From Planctomycetota bacterium (GTDB lineage Bacteria > Planctomycetota > PLA2 > JAEUHO01), in the NCBI GenBank assembly GCA_028281445.1, contig JANQJW010000007.1:92694-156693 (forward strand): a stretch of DNA of 64,000 nucleotides, given 5' to 3'. Made by a program: the position numbers and the translations under genes. This document shows positions 56,774 through 64,000 of the stretch, one piece after another (the first letter of the stretch is position 1; the number at the start of each line of letters is the position of its first letter). The notes below the pieces were generated by a model. That model had not been told where the DNA came from. It saw only the letters and a program-made list of their open reading frames with translations, and did no database searches.

Positions 56774-57138
56774 CTCCGATTCGTCCGGCTCGTTTGCCGG
56801 CGCGCGTGACTGTCGCGAATCTCGCCGGCGGCGCATCACGCGGGGTTAGTGGGTCACTCTGGCTTGCACGCGGGCTCCTCCCGCCTGGATGTGTCTCCTC
56901 GATGCGTTCGTTCGTGATCGGGTTGTCGGGGCGAAGGCGCCGCAAAGCCGATGAGGACGCCGCGTGGTGGTCCACGCAAGGACGAAAGCGAAGCGGTCGG
57001 CATGGCGCCGCCGAGTATCCGGCAAGCCGCACTCCGTGCGGATCAGAGACACTGGCCCATTACGGGAGCCGCCGTTGGCGTGCCTGCTGCGGTACGATCT
57101 GGGCCCGGCGCCGACTTCGCCGGTTGGGAGACTGATGC

Positions 57139-58431
57139 ATGTCCGATGACGCGAGCCCCCCGGAAGCCGGGACCGAGCTTCAGGCGCTCGAGGTCCAGGC
57201 CATGGCGAGCCTGCTCGATGTCACGCGTCGCATGAACGCCGCGTCCGACCTCGAAGGACTCCTCGATGCGATCGTCGACAGCCTCGTCTCGGTCGCACAG
57301 GCCGACCGCGGCTTTCTCATGCTCAAGGACGACGTCTCCGGCGAGCTGAAGTTCACCATTGCACGCGACCGCAACGGCAAGCCGCTCGAGGAGAAGAAGT
57401 TCAAGGTCAGCCGAGGCGTCGTGGACGAGGTCGCCCAGACCGGCGAGACCCGCCTCATCGACGACGCCGCCGCATCCGATGCGTACAACGCGCGCTTGAG
57501 CATCATCAGCCTCTCGCTGCGGACCATCCTCTGCGTTCCGTTGAACACCTCGCAGGGTGTCATCGGCGTCATCTACGTCGACAGCAACGCCATCACGCGC
57601 CGGTTCACCGACAACGACATCCCGCTCATCGAGGCGTTCGCCGCGCAAGCCGCCTCCACGCTGGAGCGCGTGCGGCTGCAGATGGCAGAGATGGAGCGCG
57701 ACCGCATGGCCGCCCAGCTCAAGGTCGCATCCGAGATCCAGAAGACGTTCCTGCCGAGCCGCTTCCCCGACCTTCCAGGCGTGACCGGTGCGGTCGCGAC
57801 CGTTGCGGCTCTCGAGGTCGGCGGCGACTTCTACGACGTGATTGCGTTGCCCGAGGGGCGCGTGGGCGTGATGGTCGGCGACGTCTCCGGCAAGGGCGTG
57901 CCCGGTGCGCTCTTCGGTGCGCGGATGATGTCGGACGTGCGCTACCAGGCGCTGCTGCTCGACGACGTGGCCGCGACGCTCGAGGCCGTCAACGACATCG
58001 TCGCCGAGCGCGCTACGCGCGGCATGTTCGTAACGTTCTTCTACGGCGTCATCGATCCGCAGACGAGCATGGTCGAGTACGGCAACGCCGGCCACCTGGC
58101 CCCGCTGATTCGCAAAGCCGACGGCACGCTCGACGAGTGGTCCGATCCGATCGGCGTGCCTCTCGGCATCGTGAAGGGGGCGAAGTACGAGGCGGGGCAG
58201 CGCAAGCTGGAGCAGGGCGAGACCATGGTGCTCTTGAGCGACGGGCCGGCAGACGCCGTCGGCGAAGGCGAGGAGCGCTTCGGGGACGATCGCGTGCGCA
58301 AGACCATCGCCAACGGCCCCAGCGAGCCGTCCTTCCTGGTGAACGCGCTGCTGCAGGCAACGGCCGACTTCACCGGCAACCGTCCGCAGGCAGACGACCA
58401 GACCTTGCTGGCGGTCTCCGTCGACGGGTAG
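57139..58431 (+). CDS. GAF domain plus PP2C-type (SpoIIE/RsbU-like) serine phosphatase
   Basis: 430 aa with an N-terminal GAF ('ADRGFLMLKDD...IGVIYVDS') and a C-terminal PP2C region ('GGDFYDV', 'GDVSGKGVPGAL', 'LLSDG'). Confidence 0.8.
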   Translation: MSDDASPPEAGTELQALEVQAMASLLDVTRRMNAASDLEGLLDAIVDSLVSVAQADRGFLMLKDDVSGELKFTIARDRNGKPLEEKKFKVSRGVVDEVAQTGETRLIDDAAASDAYNARLSIISLSLRTILCVPLNTSQGVIGVIYVDSNAITRRFTDNDIPLIEAFAAQAASTLERVRLQMAEMERDRMAAQLKVASEIQKTFLPSRFPDLPGVTGAVATVAALEVGGDFYDVIALPEGRVGVMVGDVSGKGVPGALFGARMMSDVRYQALLLDDVAATLEAVNDIVAERATRGMFVTFFYGVIDPQTSMVEYGNAGHLAPLIRKADGTLDEWSDPIGVPLGIVKGAKYEAGQRKLEQGETMVLLSDGPADAVGEGEERFGDDRVRKTIANGPSEPSFLVNALLQATADFTGNRPQADDQTLLAVSVDG

Positions 58432-58437
58432 CGCTTC

Positions 58438-59598
58438 GTGCCTGAGCCCGTTCGGCCGCTGAGTCCCTGGACGTATCTCCTGCGCAACGTGCGCAGGACC
58501 TGGCCCGTGCTGGCGATCCAGGCGCTCGTCACGTGCCTGCTCGTTCTCATCATCACGCCGACGAATGCCTTCGAGGCGACGGCGGAAGCCGACATCCGTC
58601 CGCTCGACACGTTCACAGTCGTGAATCCGCGCCGCAAGGCCGAGTTCGACGACGAGCTCAGCGCGCTGCTCGACGACAACCCCGCGCAGGCAAGCCGCGT
58701 CGAGGCGAAGTTCCTCTGGGTCCGCACGCCCATGATCGTCTCCCACTCCTGGTCGCCGATGATCGCGCTGCCGCGTGACATCTGGCCGGAGTTCCTCGCG
58801 AAGCTCGATGTCGAGCTGATCGAGGGCAGCTTTCCGAAGCCCGACTCCGACGGGGTCGTGCTGCACGAGGACGTCGTGCGCGGGCGCGGCATGAAGCTCG
58901 GCGACGAGTTCGGCCGCGCGGTAAACGTCCGGCACACCACGCCGGGCAAGTTCACGCTCGTCGGCGTCTTCGGCGGCCCCTCGCGCGTCGGGCTGACCGA
59001 CCTGGCCTACGCGAGCAAGCCGGCAACCGTGCTGTATCGGCGTCCGCCGGTCCAGGTCGTCTACGCCAAGACCGGGCGCAAAGACGAGAGCGACCAATAC
59101 CTTCGCGACGCCCGGCAGGAGAACGGCCACGAGGCGTTCACCGTGATCGACGCGCGCTACGCGCGGCAGCGCGTCGCCGAGGTGTTCCAGAACCTGCCAC
59201 TCTTGATCGGCTTCATCACGGGCTCGGTTGCGCTCGTCGTCGCACTCGTGATCTCGCTGCTGAACGTGATCGCATTCCAGGTCAGGGTCGACGAGTTCGG
59301 GCTCTATCTCGCCATCGGCCACGCACGATGGCGGCTCGTGCGCAAGCTGGCGATCGAGACGAGCCTCGTGGCGGTGCTCGCCTGGCTGCTGGGCCTCGGC
59401 CTCGGCCTGCTCGGCGTGTACCTCTACAAGCACCTCTGGCTCGCGCCGAAGGGCATCGCGATCTACGTCATCGACGCCCGGCCGCTGCTCTTCTCGTTGT
59501 CCGTGCCCGTTCTGTCGACGCTCACCGGCGCCATCGCACTCGGCCGGCGCCTGCACTCGATGGACCCCGTCGCGGTCATCCAGCGGAGGGGTACGTGA
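58438..59598 (+). CDS. ABC transporter permease (FtsX/MacB-like)
   Basis: 386 aa with one N-terminal TM, a large periplasmic domain, and three C-terminal TMs (FtsX fold). The GTG start is 4 nt after the phosphatase stop. Confidence 0.75.
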   Translation: MPEPVRPLSPWTYLLRNVRRTWPVLAIQALVTCLLVLIITPTNAFEATAEADIRPLDTFTVVNPRRKAEFDDELSALLDDNPAQASRVEAKFLWVRTPMIVSHSWSPMIALPRDIWPEFLAKLDVELIEGSFPKPDSDGVVLHEDVVRGRGMKLGDEFGRAVNVRHTTPGKFTLVGVFGGPSRVGLTDLAYASKPATVLYRRPPVQVVYAKTGRKDESDQYLRDARQENGHEAFTVIDARYARQRVAEVFQNLPLLIGFITGSVALVVALVISLLNVIAFQVRVDEFGLYLAIGHARWRLVRKLAIETSLVAVLAWLLGLGLGLLGVYLYKHLWLAPKGIAIYVIDARPLLFSLSVPVLSTLTGAIALGRRLHSMDPVAVIQRRGT

Positions 59599-60257
59599 TG
59601 AACGAGACGCCCCTGGTCGTGGCAAGCAACGTCGTGCTCGAGTACCACGACGGCTCGCGCGACGTTCGTGCCCTGGACGGGATCGACCTCGCGATCCAGC
59701 GCGGGGAGTTCGTCGGTCTCGTCGGCCCCTCGGGCTCCGGCAAGTCGAGTCTGTTGTTCGTCCTCGCAGGCCTGCGTCCTCCAACGAGCGGGCGCGTGGC
59801 GGTGATGGGGGAGGACCTGCCGGCGTACGCGGATGCGAGCGCGGGCATGCGCCGGCGGCGTATCGGGTTCCTCTTCCAGGAGCCGTTCCTCGTTCCGTAC
59901 TTGAGCGTGCGCGAGAACGCGTTGACGCACGCGCCGGGTGACGCTGCCGAGGGCCGGGTCGAGGCGCTGGCCCAGGCCATCGGCATGACGTCCATGCTCG
60001 ACGAGCGGCCCCATCGTCTCTCCGGCGGTGAGCGTCAGCGGGCGAGCCTTCTCCGCGCGCTCGCCAACAACCCCGATTTGATCCTGGCTGACGAGCCCAC
60101 GGCGTCCCTCGACCAGCAGACCGGCCACGCCGTGATGGACGTCCTGCGGACGCACACGAAGGATGCCGGGCTGCTCGTCGTGACACACGATCGCGGGATG
60201 ATCGAAGACGCCAACCGCGTCCTCTTCCTGCGCGACGGCAGGCTGAAGCACGAATAG
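59598..60257 (+). CDS. ABC transporter ATP-binding protein (MacB/LolD-like)
   Basis: ATG overlaps the permease stop (TGATG). It has Walker A 'GPSGSGKSSL', the signature 'LSGGERQRASL' and Walker B 'LILADEPT'. Confidence 0.85.
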   Translation: MNETPLVVASNVVLEYHDGSRDVRALDGIDLAIQRGEFVGLVGPSGSGKSSLLFVLAGLRPPTSGRVAVMGEDLPAYADASAGMRRRRIGFLFQEPFLVPYLSVRENALTHAPGDAAEGRVEALAQAIGMTSMLDERPHRLSGGERQRASLLRALANNPDLILADEPTASLDQQTGHAVMDVLRTHTKDAGLLVVTHDRGMIEDANRVLFLRDGRLKHE

Positions 60258-60266
60258 ACTGGCCCG

Positions 60267-61985
60267 ATGGCCTGGGTGGTGGACACTGGACGGATGGCTG
60301 GGCGGACTCTTCTCTGCACGCTGGCACTGGTGCTCCTCGCCGTGCCCGCTGCCGCCGAAGACGAAGAGCTACTCGTCCCGAAGATCACCGGGCTCGAGCT
60401 CCTGAAGGCCGAGCAGCAGATCAAGGCGGCCGGCTTCAAGCTCGGCAGGGTCTACGAGCTGGCCCGCAAGCGTGTGCTCGACAGCTACGGCCTCAACGTC
60501 CCGCACGGCTTCGTGTTCCGCCAGCGGCCCAGTCCCGGCGCGCGCTGGGATCCGACGAAGCCCATCGACGTCATCGTGTCCGCGCCGGAAGACGGAGAGT
60601 TGCCGCCGCGGTTGCCCGGCCTCAAGCCGTTACCGGCTCCGCCGCCTGCCCCGCCGCCGCCCGCAGACGTACCGCCGGGCGACTCATCGGTGCCGCCGCC
60701 TGCGGGAGGCGGAACGCCTCCGCCGCCTCCGCCGCCGCCGATCGATGCACCGCTGCCCGTGCGTCCGCAGCCTGCGCCGCAGCCGTCCGATCCCGCGCCT
60801 GCCAACCCGCAGCCGGCCGACCCGGCACCGGCGAACCCGGCACCTGCTGATCCGCCGCCGGTGGATCGCGACGCCCCGCCCCTTCGAGAACCTCAGGGCA
60901 GGGAAGCCATCGGCTCGCCCGACGCGCCGCAGATGGCGCCCGAAGCGGACCCGAAGATCGTTCCGCCGCTGACCGGTCTCGAGCTGGCCGAAGCCGAGCA
61001 GCTCGTGCGCGATGCCAAGATGACGCTCTACGTCGAGCGCGTGGCCGGGCATCCCGTCGGTCGCGTGCTCGAGCAGGATCCGTTGCCGCGTTCCGCGCGT
61101 CCGGCCGGGGGCATCGTCAAGATCGTGGTGACCGCCGGCGGTGACTTCACCGGTGCGACGCCGTCTGCGCCCGAGATCTACGTGCCCAACATGACCGTGC
61201 CGGACCTGCTCGATCGCACCGAGTTGCAGGCGGAGCGCATCATCGGGGACCTGAAGCTGGTCATCCAGAAGGAGACGGCCAAGCGCGGGCTCGCGGGCCG
61301 CGTCGTCGATCAGATGCCCGCCGCCGGGAGTCGCGTACCCAAGGGCGGCGTCGTTCGGGTGTGGATCGGCCCCGAGGACGCGGAAGCCCCCGCACCCGCT
61401 CCGCCCTTTGCACCTGAGCCGCCTGGTCGACAGCCGCAGGACGTACCCCCGCGCGCTCCCGAGCCGCCGGTCGTGCCCGCGCCCGAATCGCCGCCCATCC
61501 CGGAACAGCCCCCGGATCCCGCGCCTGAAGCGCCTGTCGATCCGCCGGTGAACCCGCGCGATGAGCCCATCGAGGAGCCTCAGGGCAGGCCCATGCCCGA
61601 TCCGGCGCCCAAGAAGCCCGTTCGAGAGCCTCAGGGCAAGCCCAAGGCGAACCCCAACGCGCCGCTGGCGCCCGGTCCGCTACCCGGCGCCGTTCCCGTT
61701 CCGATTGCCCCGCAGCACGGCGCTGTCATTCCGCGCGACGAGCTGGTGCCGATCGGCTTCAGCTGGAAGGGCGTCAAGCGCGCGTCGCACTACATCCTCG
61801 AGGTCGAGGAGGAGGGTGCGCAGGGACGTTGGATCGCCAACGTGCGCAAGCCCGCCCGCAAGACGGCATGCATCGTCGAGGTCGAGCGTCTCTCGACGAG
61901 CGCCTCGGCGAAGATGCGCTGGCGCGTGCGCGCCGTCATCGACGGCCGCGAGTCCTCCCCCTCCAAGTGGGTCGTCCTCAAGTAA
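60267..61985 (+). CDS. secreted PASTA-domain protein (three PASTA domains separated by Pro-rich linkers)
   Basis: 572 aa with a signal peptide and three PASTA domains ('ITGLELLKAEQQIKAAGFKLGRV', 'LTGLELAEAEQLVRDAKMTLYVE', 'VPDLLDRTELQAERIIGDLKLVI'). The linkers are very long PAPxP-rich. Confidence 0.7.
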   Translation: MAWVVDTGRMAGRTLLCTLALVLLAVPAAAEDEELLVPKITGLELLKAEQQIKAAGFKLGRVYELARKRVLDSYGLNVPHGFVFRQRPSPGARWDPTKPIDVIVSAPEDGELPPRLPGLKPLPAPPPAPPPPADVPPGDSSVPPPAGGGTPPPPPPPPIDAPLPVRPQPAPQPSDPAPANPQPADPAPANPAPADPPPVDRDAPPLREPQGREAIGSPDAPQMAPEADPKIVPPLTGLELAEAEQLVRDAKMTLYVERVAGHPVGRVLEQDPLPRSARPAGGIVKIVVTAGGDFTGATPSAPEIYVPNMTVPDLLDRTELQAERIIGDLKLVIQKETAKRGLAGRVVDQMPAAGSRVPKGGVVRVWIGPEDAEAPAPAPPFAPEPPGRQPQDVPPRAPEPPVVPAPESPPIPEQPPDPAPEAPVDPPVNPRDEPIEEPQGRPMPDPAPKKPVREPQGKPKANPNAPLAPGPLPGAVPVPIAPQHGAVIPRDELVPIGFSWKGVKRASHYILEVEEEGAQGRWIANVRKPARKTACIVEVERLSTSASAKMRWRVRAVIDGRESSPSKWVVLK

Positions 61986-62022
61986 GACGACGAAATCCGG
62001 CGTGGCCTCCGGGAGGGTCGTC

Positions 62023-62451
62023 CTACGGCAACCGCCCGCTGCTGCCCTTGACCTTGACGAGCTTCCAGCCGTCTTCGCGGCGTACGAGGTCGACCTCGAT
62101 GCCGTAGCGGATCGGCCGGCCGTAGACCTGGGCGCCGATGTAGCCCGCCGCCTTCGCGGTGTCGTCCTCGATCTTGACCTCCGGCAACCGGACCTCGACC
62201 GCGAGCGGCCTGTGCTTCTCGATCAGGCTGCGTACGTGCTGAATGGTCTTCGCGCGGTCCTTCCCCTGGTACTCGAAGGACTCGTCCAACACGTCCTCCA
62301 GCACCTCGTAGCGCTTCTCCATGAGGGCCTTGGCGGTGTCCTTGGCGAGGTTCTCAATCGCCTCCGCGTCGGTCACGATCAGGCGCTCGATGCCGAACGC
62401 GGCCAAGGCCAGGATGCCCAAGGCCAGTATCTGGGTTCGGATCGCAGGCAC
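62023..62451 (-). CDS. small membrane-anchored hypothetical protein (about 142 aa)
   Basis: The C-terminal part of ORF 62023..63159 starts at a GTG with AGGAGA 7 nt upstream. It has a TM 'ILALGILALAAFGI' followed by a soluble domain. It is divergent from the TPR gene. Confidence 0.45.
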   Translation of the reverse strand: MPAIRTQILALGILALAAFGIERLIVTDAEAIENLAKDTAKALMEKRYEVLEDVLDESFEYQGKDRAKTIQHVRSLIEKHRPLAVEVRLPEVKIEDDTAKAAGYIGAQVYGRPIRYGIEVDLVRREDGWKLVKVKGSSGRLP

Positions 62452-62508
62452 TTCGGTCTCCTGGGTCGGAAGGGGGGCAGGCCCCGGGCGCCGGTAAACT
62501 CTCGGCTC

Positions 62509-63438
62509 ATGTCGGACGACGTCAACAAGTACTGCCGCCTGGGGGCAGAACACCTCGAGCGGGGCGAGCCCGAAGAGGCGCTCCAGTGGTACGAGCGCGC
62601 GCTGGCCGAGGATCCCGAGAACGCGGATGCCTGGTCCGGGCGCGGCAAGGCCTACTACGACCTCGGCCGTCTGGAGCGCGCCGACCGCGACTTCCGCCGC
62701 GCGCTCCGCTTCGCGCGGAGCTTCCTGAAGGGGCGCCGCCGCCCGACGCGCTGGTGGACCGACGAGAGCACCCGACCGTACCTGCGCGCGCTGCATGGCC
62801 GTGCGCTCTGCCGCTTCTGGCTGACGGCGTACACCGATGCCGCACGCTTGTTCCGCAAGCTGCTGCGCCTCGCGCCGACTGATCCCCTCGACGTGCGGTT
62901 CCTGCTCGGTGAGACCTACTTCCGGATGGGGCAGGTCGACCATGCGGTGCGCGAGTGGCAGCTCGTCGGCGATGATCCCGACGCGCTCTACAACCTCGGA
63001 CTGGCGTACTTCTACCGCGGTGAGTTCACGCGCTCGGTCGGGGCGTTTCGCCGGGCGATCTTCGAGAACCTCTTCCTGGTCGCGCGCATCACCAACTCGG
63101 CGATCACGGACGTGCCCAGCTACAGCGGCACGCACTACAAGGGCCTCGACAGCGAGCACGCGGCAGTCGACTACCTGGAGCGCTGCGGCGACCTCTGGCG
63201 TGGTCGGCCCTTGCTGGTGCGCTGGCTACGCAGCATCTACGAGCACGACACGGTGCGCAGCGACGTGCGCCGGCACGTGCAGCACCTGCGTACGCTCATT
63301 CGCCCCGACGTCGGCCCCGGCGAGCGCGCCCGCCTCGAGGGCGAGAACACCGCGCTCCGCAGCGAGGAGCGCCTCTCGCGCGACAACCGCGCTATCGCGA
63401 AGTACGTGTGTGAGCGCTTGTTCCGCGTCGACGAGTAG
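62509..63438 (+). CDS. TPR-repeat protein
   Basis: The internal ATG at 62509 begins 'MSDDVNKYCRLGAEHLERGEPEEALQWYERALAEDPENADAWSGRGKAYYDLGRLERA', with classic TPR units. The upstream part of the ORF-track ORF is Arg-rich junk. Confidence 0.65.
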   Translation: MSDDVNKYCRLGAEHLERGEPEEALQWYERALAEDPENADAWSGRGKAYYDLGRLERADRDFRRALRFARSFLKGRRRPTRWWTDESTRPYLRALHGRALCRFWLTAYTDAARLFRKLLRLAPTDPLDVRFLLGETYFRMGQVDHAVREWQLVGDDPDALYNLGLAYFYRGEFTRSVGAFRRAIFENLFLVARITNSAITDVPSYSGTHYKGLDSEHAAVDYLERCGDLWRGRPLLVRWLRSIYEHDTVRSDVRRHVQHLRTLIRPDVGPGERARLEGENTALRSEERLSRDNRAIAKYVCERLFRVDE

Positions 63439-63473
63439 GCGTAGAGGCCCCCATGAGCATCCCTTCTCGGTAA

Positions 63474-64000
63474 CTAGCGGCGTCGTTGTGCCTTCTCTGC
63501 TGCTCTCAGCGCCTTCTTCGTCCAGGCGGGGTTGATCTCTGAGACGCCGCGCTGCTTCCGACTCGTACTGAGTTGGTCTTTCGTCAAGTACTCGAAGGAG
63601 CAGTCGATGAAGCGCACCTGTCTCGGCTTGCGTTCGACTCTCTGCTTGAAGCGCTCGGACATGTTGATGAAGCGGCAGTTATCGAAGACGTGTGCAGCCC
63701 CGCTCCACTGGTAGTACACGCTGCTGAAGGGCCCGGAGATCACGCAGTTCTCGAGACGAACGAGCAGCGTGCCTCGTACATCGAAGAGATTCCCGCTGTT
63801 CGGCGAACGGCCGAAGCCCGCTTCGATGCGGCTGTCGGTCGCGTAAAACGCCCCGGTGTCGCCGGACAGCATGTTCGAGCCACCGGCGCCCATGTCGAAT
63901 CCGATGACACGGCAGCGTTCCACGCGCAACGTGTAGCTGCCGCGCATCTGCTCCAGGTAATTGTCGTTGCAGTGGATTGTCAGGTCACGCAGCGTGAGGC
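63474..64000 (-). CDS. beta-helix-like repeat protein, 3' part (continues beyond window end)
   Basis: ORF 63474..63947 carries 'NCVISG' and 'DNCRFINM' rung-like motifs. The frame is open to the window edge on the minus strand. Local GC is lower, about 55%. Confidence 0.4.
   Translation of the reverse strand, partial: LTLRDLTIHCNDNYLEQMRGSYTLRVERCRVIGFDMGAGGSNMLSGDTGAFYATDSRIEAGFGRSPNSGNLFDVRGTLLVRLENCVISGPFSSVYYQWSGAAHVFDNCRFINMSERFKQRVERKPRQVRFIDCSFEYLTKDQLSTSRKQRGVSEINPAWTKKALRAAEKAQRRR

Noticed and set aside
61561-63438. 625-aa ORF as a single large gene
   Set aside because: The N-terminal two-thirds are Arg/Pro-rich junk overlapping the end of the PASTA gene and the minus-strand small gene. 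Only the TPR portion from ATG 62509 looks protein-like

Overview
The window is about 69-70% GC and gene-dense. It looks like a Myxococcota-type (deltaproteobacterial) chromosome segment. This is inferred from three paralogous multi-repeat carboxypeptidase-regulatory-like giant proteins, a Ser/Thr kinase-AAA-TPR protein paired with an ECF sigma factor, a DUF1800/DUF1501 pair, and many lipoproteins. I support about 50 protein-coding genes and found no rRNA, tRNA or CRISPR. Housekeeping content includes a butyryl-CoA/PHB-type set (thiolase, enoyl-CoA hydratase, 3-hydroxybutyryl-CoA dehydrogenase), several MDR-family dehydrogenases, Kbl, Xaa-Pro aminopeptidase, a LonC-like protease, SSF and SLC13 transporters, MscS, an OmpR-type two-component pair, a soluble hybrid kinase followed by a GAF-PP2C phosphatase, and a MacB-like ABC pair. 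The findings that stand out are listed here. (1) A MITE-like structured repeat of about 175 bp has TA target-site duplications, 23-bp terminal inverted repeats and four CUUGUG/CACAAG-loop hairpins. It occurs three times, two full copies and one truncated, always exactly at convergent gene junctions. There its ends supply the TAG stop codons of the flanking genes. (2) A signal-peptide thioredoxin-like/PDZ gene (33800-35065) is interrupted by two in-frame TGA codons in the redox-motif region, with a hairpin immediately downstream. It is either a candidate Sec-containing (UxxC/UxxU-type) selenoprotein or a recently disrupted gene. (3) An amidohydrolase has no canonical start codon. It is in frame with hbd across a single TAG and has a His-rich N-terminus. 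(4) A three-gene DUF1800-DUF1501-beta-propeller dehydrogenase-like operon has putative-Ig (He_PIG) domains on two of its members. (5) An ECF-sigma/STPK/beta-helix lipoprotein module has a second beta-helix paralog beside it. (6) Several small or unusual ORFs appear: a 53-aa WDG-repeat lipoprotein missed by the ORF track, a Cys/Pro-rich glycine-zipper lipoprotein inside the crotonase-hbd operon, and an MqnA/D-like enzyme carrying histone-H1-like AKKK tails. Coordinates I derived by hand are plus or minus 3 nt; ORF-track ends are used wherever possible.
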